This document shows positions 25,603 through 39,000 of a stretch of 64,000 bases of DNA, piece after piece. The stretch's first letter is position 1; each line of letters opens with the position of its first letter. The stretch is taken from assembly GCF_009914755.1 (NCBI RefSeq), contig NC_060935.1; one strand, written 5' to 3'. Origin of the DNA: the human T2T-CHM13v2.0 reference genome, Homo sapiens. The notes beneath the pieces were generated by a model. That model searched no databases. It had not been told where the DNA came from and saw nothing but the letters and a program-made list of their open reading frames with translations. A program made the position numbers and the translations under genes.

Positions 25603-27408
25603 AGCCGCCTCCAGCCCTGACATTGTGTATGATGGGAAAGTGACTGATTCCTCCGTGAGAGCCCACCTGCCAGGGCAGCACCGCTCAATGCTGGGCAGGA
25701 CAGCAGACTGCAGGGGTGGGCAACATGACACCTTGTGGCTCCAGAGGGCTGCTGGGCAAAGGGCCTGGCCTGCAGGCTGGAGGGACTGGCTGTCCGTCCT
25801 CCTGTAGCAGGCGTGGGACTCCTGCTGTCCTGCCTGGGAGAACAGTAATGTTGGGCAGTTGTTATAAGCCCAGACTCTGCAGCCTGACTGCCTGTGTTCA
25901 AATCTCAGCTCTGCCACTTTCTAGTGTGTGACCTTGAACAAGTAACTTAACCTCTCTGAGCCTCAGTCTTCACTGCTGAGAAATGGGGGCAATAATAGCA
26001 TGACCACCCAGGGCTACAGGAATGGATAACCATGTCTGGCACTCGCAGATCTGTAGAAGTGCAAACTCCTCTTGTTATTGGTTGTTTTCCTGGAACTAGG
26101 TCCCCAGCCAGTCCTGTCCTGGTGAGCCAGTTCCACAGCTGATGGAGGAGCTCCTTCCCAGACCCCAGACCCCTCGAACCTCAGCCGCCGCCCCTGAACA
26201 CCAGTTCCCTCCAGGAGCAGCTGGGCAGCTGTAATATCATGACGAGAACAGGTCATGGGAAGGAAGGATTTCTTTGAGCATCACTCAAGAAGTTGAGCAA
26301 AGAACTCCAACATCCCTATTTCCGAGGGAAACATGACCTAAAAAGGGTCTTCATCCTAGTTTTCTATTTGTGAACTGAGGATATCAGTCCCTCAAAAGGT
26401 TGTTGGAAGGCTGCAATGAACTGTATGGGAAAATACATCTCCGCCACCTGTAGCCCAGCAATGCAAGTGCCCGCTGTATGCCAGGCACTGTTCAGACACG
26501 CTCCACCTGCTTTATCCTTTCCAACTGGCAGGGGAGGCACTGCCTGCCCAAGGGCACACAGGTAGGAGGTGGTTGGTGAATTCAGACCAGGGCCAACCGT
26601 TCTTGACCCTGTCCTCATTGTCTCCAGTTGCAGGCACCCAGGAAATAGGATCCAGGTTCTACTTTAGGTTTGTCTCTTCTCAGAACATTTACCTTGGCAA
26701 ACCTGATATGATGCCTTCTATAAAGGACCTGTTTCCCATAGAATCTCTTCTCTAATAACATTTGCTGTTGGAATTATACCTTGGAAGGGGTCACTGGTGA
26801 AAGAATGACTTCCGGCTAAATTCAGAATCATCTTCCCAACTCCCACAGTGTGGCCCATCTTCTTAGGCTCTCTCTGACCCAGCTCTGTCCAAGTGGTTAG
26901 GGTCCCTGGTGGTCCTGGAGTCACCAAACCAGGGCTCAGATGTGAAGTGACTTGCCCAAGGTCACACAGCACCCAGGGATAGGGTCAGATCAGACCCTGG
27001 ACAGCCTCATCCTAAAGCCGCCTCCCATTCCCCTAGAAGCGCAGCATCCATGTGGTCCCTGGGAAACCCTGTCCCTGCCCCTTGGAACTTCCTCTTCCTT
27101 AATTAAGGGGCAGCTGGGGGGAAATGAAACACCTACCCGTTCTTCCTTTTCCCATTGAGGAGGCTCCCTGAGGCCCCTGCTCCCAGCGGGTCTCCACAGT
27201 CCTGAGGCTACCTCGGGCAAGCAGGGCTTTGTACAGTGGTTCACACATGCAGAGCCTCTAAATTAAAGGCAGCCACCTCCCTCTGGGGGTCATAGTCCCA
27301 GGGCAGGGCTAGGGGATTTATGCCCAGGCTCCCGGGTGCGGTGTGCTTTAAGAGGATGTGTTGCCGCTGATGTTAGCAGGTAGCGTTCCACCTCACCAGG
27401 AAATGGTC

Positions 27409-27417
27409 AGAGAGAGA

Positions 27418-27480
<63 letters not shown>
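27409..27480. repeat. Compound (AG)5(AC)24(AG)7 microsatellite
   Basis: Read directly. Confidence 0.95.
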
Positions 27481-28624
27481 CATGTGCGTGCATGTATGTG
27501 TGTGTTCCAAGAGGGAAGAGAGAGCAGAGACAGAGAGACAAGACTCTGAGATGGAGAGAGACGGAGGGACAGCCTGGCACATGGGACTCAAGGCCAGAGA
27601 GTGGGGTGTGGCCGAGACACCAAGCTAGCTGGCTGGCCGTGAAGCCTGAACTTAAACCCAGACCCCCAGACCCCCAGACCCAAGGGCGCTGCCTTTTGTT
27701 CTTACATCCTCAAGAACTGCAGAAAAGGTACCAGTTTGCCTGATTTGAGCCTGGCTTGAAGCCCCGTCGGAGTCCTGCTTTCAGCACCCCTACTTCAGAC
27801 ACACAGAGGGCACTTTCCTGGGTGGAGGCACCATTGCTGTCTGTGTTTAGCAGGGCAGCATGAGTGTGCCCGACTGTACCTGCGACCTCCCCTGCCAAGC
27901 TCAGGCACTGGGCACCATGAGGCAGGAACAACAGCCCCTGAAATCTAGTGCTTTTACAGGATGAGACCCACCTTCCCTCTGCTCCCAAGAGTTCTGTTTC
28001 ATTAAAACCTGGATCCTTCCATTTTAGTGACGTTTCTTAGCTCTGCAAGCCACGGATTGGGCTATATGTACATTTTTAAATGACGAGGCTGGCTCATCAA
28101 ATATTCAGACCACCATTTCCATTTCCAAAAGGACAATACCTGAATCCTTTCCTCCCAGAAATGGAGCTAGTGGCACCTAGATGTTTCTGCAACATTGGCA
28201 CTGGGAACCGTGAAACCATGGCACAGTGGCCCTCGGTAGATAGCAAAAGGTGTGGCTTCCAAATGAGTCATAACAGCGCGTGCTTCTTTTCCGTGTTTCA
28301 TGCGGTGTGGTCTCACTCAACATTCACAATGACCTGTGAGGTTACAGGGTGTGCTGAGGCTCAGAAAGGCCAAGGCCACACAGGTAGTAAGTGGCAGAGA
28401 CAACTCCACCCAGGCCACTCTGGGTCCCTCAGCCACTCTGCATGATGTGTTCCCAGAGAAGCCCAAGGCAGGCAAGTAACTTGCTCAACATCAGAGTCTG
28501 GTTAGTGGCAGAGCAAGGGCCAGACCCTGGGTCCTCTGACTCCCACTACAACGCTCTTTCTACTGGGGTTTCTGATTCTGCTCCACGCTTTGCCCTACCA
28601 GCTTTGGGACTTGGACACCTCTGA

Positions 28625-28850
28625 GCCCGGATGCTGGAGAGACTGCCTAGGTTCGGATGCCAGCTTAATCACTGTGTGACTCAGGACCAGTGACTTCACA
28701 TCTCTGTGCCTTGGTTCCTCATTTGTAAAATAGGCATAATAATTGTACCTACTTTGTAGGTTGTTGTGAAAATTAAATGAGTTAACAGATGCAAGGTATT
28801 TACAACCGTTTCTGGCACTTAGCAAGCACTCTGTATTAACTCTTATTGCC
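28625..28850 (+). mobile_element. MIR (representative; dozens of MIR fragments occur on both strands, e.g. 350-470, 2790-2975, 4160-4390, 17455-17620, 19240-19420, 20495-20710, 39750-39975, 45250-45475, 48640-48845, 50890-51110, 59110-59300)
   Basis: MIR core CTCTGTGCCT..GTTCCTCAT.TGTAAAAT.GG.ATAATAAT.GTACCTAC...GGTTGTTGTGA..ATTAAATGAG. Confidence 0.8.
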
Positions 28851-29780
28851 ATCATCACCATTACTGCCATACCGTCTCTTCCCCAGGGATGCACAGGAGA
28901 CGACTGGCTCATCTGTGCCAGGGGCCCAGCCTCCTCTCTGCCCCAGGTCTGCCCACACTGCCTCCAGCCTCCCTGCCCCTTCTAATTGCTATTGGGCCTC
29001 AGCAGAGCAGGGAAGAGACCTTCCCAGGCACAGCAGGCTAATCAAAGTGCACACCTTTGGCTTATCATATGCTCTGGATGGGTCATTTGTCATCCATTAT
29101 GGCCCCAGAGACGGGGCCAAGGTCCACAGCAGGCAGGCGGACCGAAGCTGCCCAAACAGATCTCAGCACAACCGTTCCATGTGCCTTCATTGCCTGGTCC
29201 TCTGGCAACCCTTATGCAGCAAAGCTCTGTTCCCATGTGGTACAGGGGTGGGGGTAGAGGGGCTTGCTGTTTTCAAACAGGGCAGCAGCGTCAGGCCCCT
29301 GGCCTCGATGGGCGATCAGCTCGACTTCCTCCAGTTCCTTTAGCCTCTTCTGTTGGAAAGATCCCCCCTGTGCGGTTCAGCCCCTCACATTCCCCACTCG
29401 GGGCTTTGGCTAAACCTCACCGGCTCCCAGGAGTCACGGCCAGAGCTCTCCCTGCAGAGGTTTAAGTCAGCCACCACTTGCCCAGTGTTTCTCATTGCTA
29501 AGGGCATTGCCTGTGACCCATGAGGGCCTCATTTGACCCTCATGACGACACTGGGAGGTGGGTGCCATCTTTATTCCTATGCTCCAGATGAGGCTGCTGA
29601 GGCTCAGAGAGGTGCAGAGACTTGCCAGAAGCTGCACAGCCACATGGGGCTTGAACCCAGCTTTCTGGATAGGCAGTTCTGTTCTCTCTCCATTCTCTGT
29701 CCCCACACAACAGAGGGAAAAACATTCACTGAGAGTCCTCTGCATTAGCCCAAAGTCACTCCCTCAATAGTTCTTAAAGT

Positions 29781-30000
29781 CAGGGTTCCACAAACTATAA
29801 CCTGTGGGCCAGATCCTGCCCAGTGTTAATTTGTAACTAAAGTGGGGTTGTCCCAGAGTCATGCCCAGTTGTCCACGTGCTCTCTATGGCTGTTTTCTCA
29901 ACCCAAAGGAGATCTGGGTAGCTGTGATGGATACAATATGGCGCCAAATCCTAAAATAGGTATTATATGGCCCCTTATGGAAAAAGTTACCAACACCGCT
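29781..30000. mobile_element. MER58A-like hAT-Charlie element
   Basis: CAGGG...CAAACTAT..CCTGTGGGCCA.ATCC...CCTAAAATA...TAT.TGGCCC.TTA.GGAAAAAGTT. Confidence 0.75.
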
Positions 30001-33000
30001 CTAGACCAATGTTTGGCACATCCTCTCTTGTCCCCATCACATCGATGTCCCTTCCCTAAGCCCTTCTCCGGTATTTATTACCTTCCATCCTGCCCAGCTC
30101 CCATGAGGTGAGCCAGGTGGGGATTTCTGTCCCCATTCCACAGATGGAGGAACTAAGACCTGGAGAAGATAATGATGATTGTTACTATTATTTTTTTTTC
30201 CCCCAAAGAAAAGTAGAAATATTGTCCTGGTGCTCTGAAAGGGTGACTCCTTGCTTATCCCTGGGCTTCCTGGTGGGATTGCCAGCGTCCTTCCGGGCCT
30301 GGAGAGCCTGACGGGTTGGTGGAGCTGGTGACCGGTCCTCTGTGGAAGGATGAGGCATTTCTCAGCTTCCCTTTGTTTCAGCCCCCTGCCTGTCTCTTTC
30401 CAAGCCCAGCCCTCTCCCTCCCCCAACCCCTGAAGCACATCTTTCTTTATGACTCCAAGGAGCAGCTGGGATGTTTTTTATGGGGAGGAAAGAAAACGGG
30501 ACTCTCTGACTCCCTCCTGTCCATCTACTGAGGCCCAAGCCCCAGGTTCTCTCTTTGATTCATTTCCTCGCAGGCTTTTCTCAGCCACGCAGGGTGCTTC
30601 TGTCACGGTCTCTCTGTCTTCCGGTTGTTCACCCTCCATAATTTGAGCTCTGAGTACCTGTAGTCATTCCTCTTATGGGAAGGGGTTGTGGCCTCCCCTA
30701 ATTCGGGCCAGGTGACTAGAATCAATTGCAGTTGCCCTGAGAAGACCCTCTGTCTCCAGTATTTATTACCAAGCAAATATCAATGGGGCAGATGCCCTGT
30801 GGGGTGAGGCCTGGGACTGGGCTTGATTTCTGCTCTGATGACAGTTCCTGGGCCCTGGGGGTTGGGGGAAGCCTGCCTTGGAGCTGGAGGATGCTGTGAG
30901 AAGGAAGGGAGGCCTCCACTGTCTGCCTGCCTTCGAGGTTCAGGAAACTTGCCCTCCCTGGGACCGGAAGACACCTGTTGCCTCTGGATCTGGAAGCTTC
31001 TGGGAGCTTCAGGCCCTTGAGTTCTGAGAGACCTCTCCTTCATGCTGCACACGAGCATTATTCAGGCAGGAGGAGACGTGACACAAGACCAGCAACGTCT
31101 CTTTACTGAACACAGGCTGAGAGCTGAGAAAGCTCATTGCAGAGAGGAGCAGACAAAGTGAAATTGATGGGACATTGATGGCAGCTTGGGGTAGCTGAAG
31201 GAGCTGTGAAATCAGCAGTAAAATCAAATGCGCGCCACTTAGTTCATCCCAAGCAAGCACGGCTCCAACACGGCTGTGTCATCTCAGGCAAACTGCTTAA
31301 CTTCTCTGGGCACCACTCCTGGGGAAATAGAATCATCTCTGCTGTGCTGGCTTTGCTGGACGGTTGTGGGGATCAAGCAAGAACATAAACACGGAGGGCT
31401 TTCGGGGCTGTGAAGCAGAGAATCAATGCAAAGAGATGTTTTGTGATTCATGTAAAGGAGGAAGGAATCTGGGTTAGATGCCAGGAAGGACTTCCCCACT
31501 TAAGGAGGAGACGTGGGAATAAGGTTGTGGGGGTTGCCTTCCTTCCTAAAGATCTGTAAGAATAAGGTCAGTTTGGCTGTTGAGAAACAGTCTTGATATT
31601 CACAGAGGCATTGGCCAAATGACTTTGGATGTCTTTTTCATGACACTATAGTTAGTTCATTCACGCAGGAAAGTGATCAGTGGCCATATCAATATGTGCA
31701 CATAAGTGTGTGTGTGTGATCTGCATCCACAGCTTGTCTGTGTGCCTGGGTATATATTGTCTGTGTGGGTTTGTTTGCACGTGTCTCTGTGTGTAGAGCA
31801 AGAGGCTGGAGCCAGAACTCCAGCTGACTCATCTTCATTATGGAGTTGTTGGAAGAATTTACTCTTGCTGTCCTAACCAACTGGGGAGGACTTGGACAAA
31901 GTACCAGAGTGAAAAAGGATTTTAGATTTGATTTTTATTTTTTATTATCTGACTTTCTAAATTTCGGCTAATAAGAGCTAGATGAAGAGCCTCAGCTCTG
32001 GAATCGACTGCTGAGGCCTGAATCCAGGGCCCCTGCCCCATGCCCCAACCTCTGATCTTGGCTCCTACTTCCCCTCTCAGGGCCTCAATTTCCACATCTG
32101 TAAGATGGGGGTGGCAATGCCTACTTGATAGGGACATTGCAAGGGCCAAGTGAATTAGAACATGCAACGTCCTTAACCCAGTGCCTGGCCTGTAGAAAGT
32201 GCTTCATACATGCTGACTGTACTCAAAGAGCACTGGCTTTGGAGCTCCTCAGCAGTGGTATAGCCTTGGGGGAGTCACTTCATCTCTCTGACCCCAGTGT
32301 TCTCAGCTGTCAACTGGGAATAATAATATGCCTGACTCATAGACTATAGTGGGGTTCAAAGGAGATAATGTAAGAACTTAGCACAGTGTCCACTGCACAG
32401 TAGGCATTTAGGAGGTAAAAGTAAGTTTCCTGTGTTCACCTGCAAAAGGGAAACTCTCCCTGGGGCCCGCCTTTCCCCTCTCCTGACCCTTGCATAGCCC
32501 CAGTGTGGAATTCTGTGTCTCACCCTCTCCCTGGGTTCCAAATACCACCTGCTTTATCCTGTCTGACACTAAATGCACCAAGGAAAGCCGGAAGCTCCCT
32601 GCACCCTTTTCTGCTGGGGTAGGGCTGGGAATGAGGCTGTGCTGGCAGGAGTACCCAGCGCTCCCCTGGCTCAGAACTGTGCCCTTTCCCTCCTAGTTCC
32701 CAGGCCCCCTTAATACCCGTGAAGCCATTAAATATTTAAAGCTGGGCAGTGTGGTGGGCCAGGTTGTCCCAGCAACAGCCCTGCGTATTTTGGGATGGAT
32801 TATTGTCTTTCAAAGGGTCTTTTTCAGAGCTCCAGGCCCTGGTGGGGATGCAATGTGGGAAGGGAGGAGGTGAGGCAGCTCCTGCCCCACTCTGAGGCTT
32901 GGCTGTGAGAAGCGGCAGAAACTGAGTCAGAGAGAGGGCAGGCTTTGCCCGAGTTTTCAGGGTCTTGACTCTAACCCAGGACTCGGGGCTGCCAACTCCT

Positions 33001-33690
33001 CCTCTTCACCACTTGCTTCTGCCTTGTGAGTGCCCATCAGCCGGCAGGTGCCTGGGACTTTAGCAGCCATGTGCCTTCTGGCATCTGAGACCCTGTTCTT
33101 CTCTCACCGACTGGGCCACGTGGGAAGCTTACTCACCTTCTCTGAGCCTCAGTTTACCCCTGGGTAACTCAGGAATAATTCACCCACTTTTCAGGTGATG
33201 TTGGAAAGTGCTTAGTATGGTTCCTGGCACACGTGAAGCAGGAGCAGTTATGACACTGACAACATTATTATAATGACTGAATCCTTATTGGGGGGCACCA
33301 TCTAGTACCCCCTGTATTCTCTGAAGGGACTCAGAGGAAGTGGGAGAAACAGTCCCGATCACCAAAGGGTTTATAATCTGGTAGAGAAGGTTCAACAGCA
33401 GCGAGTCCAGAGTCACCTTTCCCTGGGGCTGGGCTTGGCTTGGGCTGCATTTGGAGGTTGCCTGGTGTGTGGCCAGGAGTACCTAGGTTGGAAGCCTTGG
33501 CTACACCATTCAGCTCTGATTTTGCTATGAGCCTCTTGGCCAGTCCCCTCCCCTCTGGACAGTCTCCTGAGCTGTAGAATTGGGGTAACCTCTAAGTTAC
33601 TTTCTGGCTCAGCTCCCTGTCCAGGATTTGAATTCCAAGGCAGCTCTGAGACCCAGGTGGGATGGATGCACCAGAAAACCACGAGGATGG

Positions 33691-34017
33691 TGATATAGTT
33701 TGGCTGTGTCCCCACCCAAATCTCATCTTGAATTGTAATCCCCATGTGTCGAGGGAGGAAAGTAATTGGATTATGGGAGCAGTTTCCGCCATGTTGTTCT
33801 CATGATAGTGAGTGAATTCTCACGGGATCTAATGGTTTTATAAATGGTAGTTTTTCCTGTGCTCACACTCGCCTCTCTCTCCTGCCACCCAGTGAAGAGG
33901 TGCCTTCCGCCATGATTGTAAGTTGCCTGAGGCCTCCCTAGCCATGCCTAACTGTGAGTCTTTTAGTTACCCAGTTTCAGGTATTTCTTTATAGCAGTGT
34001 GAGAACGGATTAATACA
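33691..34017 (+). mobile_element. THE1-family (THE1C/D-like) MaLR solo LTR, sense to TSPAN18
   Basis: Starts TGATATAGTTTGGCTGTGTCCCCACCCAAATCTC and ends GAGAACGGATTAATACA; TG...CA termini; 5-bp TSD GATGG at 33686-33690 and 34018-34022. Confidence 0.92.
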
Positions 34018-35284
34018 GATGGCCTGTTTCTCCCACCCTTGGTCCTGGGGGCACCCCCTTAGGAAGTGGGCCCAAGAGGATAAGGCCAGTCCTGCAAGGT
34101 CCTCCTGGTCCCCATGTAAACCCCTCTCCTTGAAGATGATTTCGGGGCTGAGGTGGACATCTCAGAGTCCCTGACACACCCCAGCCATAGGCTCCAGCAG
34201 GGCTCACAGCATCTCTTTCCCTACATTCCATTCCCCACCACAAACCTCTGGGTAAGCAGAAAAGGCCATGGCCACCTCACACCCCAGCCCCAGGCTCTCT
34301 CTGGAGGCAGGAGGGTTTCCAGAGAATAAAGTCTCCATTCCAGACACAGGCTGGCTGGCCCCAGCAGGAGGCCGGTGGCATCAACCATCCAGTTTGGGCT
34401 GCCTAGAAGAGGAGGGGGCAGAGGCCAAGAGCCAAAGCCCACATGGGGTGATGTCAGAGAACCTGGGCTCTGGCTGCTGGAAATGACCTGGAAGGGTTCC
34501 ATGTGGGTTTGACTGGCAGTTGGGCCATTAGCTGATGACTTGGATGTCCCCCAGATTTGGGGGCCATAATTTTCAGCTTGCTTGGAGCCCTGGACCCCAG
34601 ATAAACCTCAGGGGCCTTCTCATCTTGTGGTCTCTGAAGCTAACTTTGTAGACCTCCCAGGGATATGAGAAAAACAGAGACTCTTGGGCCCTTCATTGAG
34701 CCTGCAGAATCCAAATCTTAGGGCTAGGTCCCAGAGGTCTGAGGGTTAGCAAGCTCCCAGGGGCTTTTCCGATGCTGACTGGCTCCCTGTTCTCCCTGTG
34801 ACCCAGAATGGCTGGGGCTGCCCTAGGCAGGAAGATGGCCACGGTCCTGCCCCACAGGCTCTTTCCATGGAGTTTAGGGTTTTGATCCCCAGCCTCTTTC
34901 CTGTGCACATGGTCCCATTTGCTCCTGCTGCAAACTTTTTGTCCCTCTGCTGAGAGCTGGGGCTAAGGAGAAGGATGATCTGGGGGAAGGACGGGAATTG
35001 TTGAGTGGCAGATTGGACTGCTAAGACAGATGAGGTGAGCCATTACCTTCAAGGCCAAACGAAGTTCTCATTCTGGGGTCCATGTATTCCATAGAACTCA
35101 AGGGATTGGTGAACTTTGAGAAACATATTATAACTTCACTTTAACGTTTCACTGAAAATGGGTATTTTCTTCCATTATGAACACAAGCAACAAACCACAG
35201 TACTGTTAGCAGTACTTGTGACTTTGTCATCAACAGATCTAAGTACATATTTTCAAATTACCTAAAAATTGCTGGGAATTTCTT

Positions 35285-35609
35285 GGCCGGGAGCAATGGC
35301 TCACGCCTGTAATCCCAGCACTTTGGTAGGCCAAGGCAGGCGGATCACGAGGTCAGGAGATCGAGACCATCCTGGCTAACACAGTGAAACCCTGTCTCTG
35401 CTAAAAATACAAAAAATTAGCTGGGCGTGGTGGCGGGCGCCTGTAGTCCCAGCTACTCGGGAGGCTGAGGCAGGAGAATGGCGTGAACCCAGGAGGCGGA
35501 GCTTGCCAGCCTGGGCGGAACCCAGGAGTGAGCCGAGATCACGCCACTGCACTCCAGCCTTGGCAACAGAGCAAGACTCCAACTCAAAAAAAAAAAAAAA
35601 AAAAAAAAA
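35285..35609 (+). mobile_element. AluY with a 20-nt internal insertion
   Basis: AluY diagnostics (GAGATCGAGACCATCCTGGCTAAC, GAATGGCGTGAACCC, GGAGCTTGC); TSD TTGCTGGGAATTTCTT at 35269-35284 and 35611-35626. Confidence 0.95.
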
Positions 35610-35735
35610 TTTGCTGGGAATTTCTTAAAATGATGATAGTTATTAGATCCATCACTAGATCTTGAGTTTTGCATGTTTATTTAAAAAAAGCACTTGTATT
35701 ATTCTACTCCAAATTTGCTTTTAAAAAAGTATTTT

Positions 35736-36025
35736 GGTTGTGCACAGTGGCTCACGTCTGTAATCCCAGCACTTTGGGAGACCAAGGCAGGAGATTGCTT
35801 GAGCCCCAGAGTTCGAGACCAGTCTGGGTGTCATAGGGAGACCCTGTCTCTACAAAAAGGGAAAAAATTAGCTGCGCATAGTGGCATGCATCTGGAGTTC
35901 CAGCTACTTGAGAGGCTGGGGTGGGAGGATTCCTTGAGTCCAGAAGTTGGAGGCTGCAGTGAGCCATGATCATGCCACTGCATTCCAACCTGGGCAACAG
36001 GGCGAGACCCTGTCCCCCAAGATAA
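35736..36025 (+). mobile_element. AluJ
   Basis: Diverged dimer with J-type GATTGCTTGAGCCC and GAGCCATGATCATGCC; tail eroded. Confidence 0.9.
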
Positions 36026-39000
36026 AGTTTCTGATAGCTCTATTTCAATATAAATGGTTTCCTTTTTAATCTTATGTATTATATTTAGGTGGGGTCCAGA
36101 GGCCTCACGAGACTGCCGAAGGGTGGGGGTGGATGGGAGAGATCCTTGCTAAGGGGCTAGGTGCTGGGCTTTGGAGTCAGGCCAGATGGCTTTTGCAGCC
36201 TGACTGAATGATGTGAGGTAGGTTGCACACCATCTCTAAGCCCAGTTCAATTACAGGTCAGCGGAGAGTGGACACACCCTCTAGATTCTTGTAAGGACCT
36301 GTATGCCTTTAGTTCAAGGCCAGGTGTACAGAAAGAGCTGTGGAAACCCAGGCTCTGGTTAGCATGAAATTTCCAAAAACCTTCAGGGAGGCAACCTGGA
36401 GGATAAGAAACAAGACTCAGTCCAGGTGAGCCAGAGCAGGTGTTGCCAGAAGCTCTGGCTTGTGCAAGGCTGGGCAGCGGACACGGTGAGGATTGGTGGG
36501 ACTGCTGTGGCCGTCAGCCCATGTGTGTGTATAGGGGGTTCCTGAGGGACTAGGACACAGGGACGCTTTGGAGCAGCCAGAGCAGGGCTATCCATCACCA
36601 GAGGAACTTCAGAGGCTGCTGCTGGCTGATCCCCCAGACCTCAGGTCTAGGGGTCACTCCTTCCATTCTTTCTGGCCAGTGAGGCTCCTGCAAAGGCCAA
36701 GGATGCTCACTAAATGGGAAATGAACAAAAGCACGAACGTAGGCAGGAGTGAATGAATCAAGAGTGTTATGGTGTGAATTACCACAAGAATAGTGGTTGG
36801 TTGGAGGAAGCTTGTTCTTTGACTACTCAGGGAGGCCACTGAGTGGATGCTCTCTGAACCCCAGGGAAGCAGCCAGGCCACCTGCCCCCTTGTGCCTACA
36901 GCCCCTTCCCCAAGGCTGTGGGAGGCTGCGGGGCTGTCTGCTCTCCCCACAGCAGGCTGAGTCAACCTTCCTTCCTGTCCCCTGGTGCTTATACCATCTC
37001 CCAGAACTGGGGTTTCCCTGCCACACCTGGATGTCTGCTTCTCTCCTCCTGGTACCTGCCTTTCCCCAGATCACCAGTTTGGCTGCCAGGCACCTTTCCT
37101 GCAGGGCTCTGCTGAGCTCACATGACAGGGTGTAGGTAGGCATCCTGAGCAGAGAGGGTGGCTTCACTCTGACCCGCGCCATTCCTCCCAGGCCCCTGGA
37201 CTTGGTTGCTTGGCCTGCTTCAACTACACTTGGCTGTTGGAGGTGGACGCTAGTGTCCTCAGGCCAAACACTCTTCCTAATGGAGTGACCTCCGTGCTTC
37301 TGTGCTCCCCCCAATTTCAAACTGCGTGGGTTTCCCAGGTTGCCTTGCCTTCTGACAAAGTGGCAAAGTAACAGTCCCTGAAAGAGGGCAAAGAGCTTTG
37401 TCCGCAGAGGCCTTTGCAAACAGGTGGTCTCAGTACAATGTCTAGTGCCTAAGACAGGCAGAGGGACCTCCGACCTGTGTCTGGGACTGGCACCTTCTGT
37501 GGCTTAAGTCCAGCCCCGGTCTATGGGGGATGGGAGGCATGGATTGTTTGAGGGTGACCCTGGGGATTGGGGGCTCAGAGTCCTCTGGAAGACAGCCAGG
37601 GCAGAAGAGCCAGGAACCTTATTTTGTCCCAGCAGGTCCTCCAACCTACTGTGTGACTTCAGGCTAGTGAGCCGCAGTTTCCTCATCTGTAAAACATGAC
37701 TGCTCACCTCGCAGGGTAGTTGAGAGGGTCTGATGACATAAAGTGTATAAAGCACTTTCAGGAGTTACCTACGTGCAGGTGTAATAAGTCCTGGGAGGCT
37801 GCCTCAATTGGTGGGAAGAGCAGCGGGCTTCATGTCAGGAGGTCCTCGTTCTAGCTGTGCTGTGTGACTCTGGGCAAGAGCCCGTCCCTCTCTGGGCCTC
37901 AGCTCCCGCAGTGTGAAATGAGGAGTTGGAGACAACCTTCACTAAGATGCTTCCTTCTTTGACGATTCTCTGATGGCCCTGTGGGTGTTCTACATGGGAC
38001 AGAGGAAAGGGCTGGTGGCAGGGACAGGGTGCCCATCCTGGCTCAACTCACAGACTAGAGAGGGGTCCTTCCCAGAGCCTGCAGATGCTCTGTGCCACCT
38101 TGACATTCACAGCTCCATGAGCCGGCGGGGGCAGGGGAGGCTGTCATTTAGGATCCAATTGCATCCACAGCAGGCTGTGCTCCTGGTTAATCCTTAAGGC
38201 ACCCGCCCCTCAGGAGCCTAATTAGATTTTATCCCCCGCTCAGCTGTGACCATGTCCCCATGTTGGTGCCAGCACCAGGCACGCCAGGATCTCAGGCCAA
38301 TTGCTTGTTTATGAGACCGTCTGTCTTGGGATGAGGCCCAGCAGGCACAGCCAGTGAGCAAATAAGTCCTCCCCATCAGCCTTGAACCTGATGGCAAGAA
38401 TCATTGTTAGTCTTCTAGGCCTCGGGCCGGCGTCCTGACCAAGGAAAAGATGTGGGTTTGCAGTCCAGCAAAACCTGGCTACAAATCCCAGCTCCATCTC
38501 TTCCCAGCTCTGGGACCTTTCTAGCCCCATGAAGCTTTAGTTTCCTCATCCCTAAAAGGGAATGATGATAATATCGTCTACTTTGTAGAGCTTTTTGGAG
38601 GATCAAGTGAGATCATTTTAAGTGAACGCCCATAATACATTGCCTTGCGTTAATATCAGGCCTTAGTAAATGCTGACCCTGTCCCAGTCCTCCCCACATG
38701 GCCTCCCTGATTCTAGGCTCTCCCGACCCCAGCCTCACCCTGGCAGTCAGGGTTTCGTTTCTGTATCTTGCCTGGCAAGCCCAGGACACTGGGTTAATGT
38801 GGCCATTAACACTTCTCTCCAAGTAGGGACTGCGGTGATTGAGTCTCACTAGACTTGAGTGAGTCCTTGAGGAAGGGCAGCCCTTGGTCCCTATGCCTTG
38901 GACCAAGCCCAGGGCTGGCGCTGTTGGTGCCGGGAGCGCAGGAAGGAGGGAACGGGGTGTGCAGCCTGTCAAGTCCTTTCACCCTCATCATCCCCTTGCA

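Larger units (their letters stand above)
35062..36125. mobile_element. MER113-like hAT-Charlie fossil split by two Alus
   Basis: GCAACAAACCACAGTA..TTAGCAGTAC.TGTGACTTTGTCA, GTTATTAGA...CTAGATCTTG and TATTTCAATATAA.TGGTTTCCTTT blocks are collinear once the Alus are removed. Confidence 0.7.
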
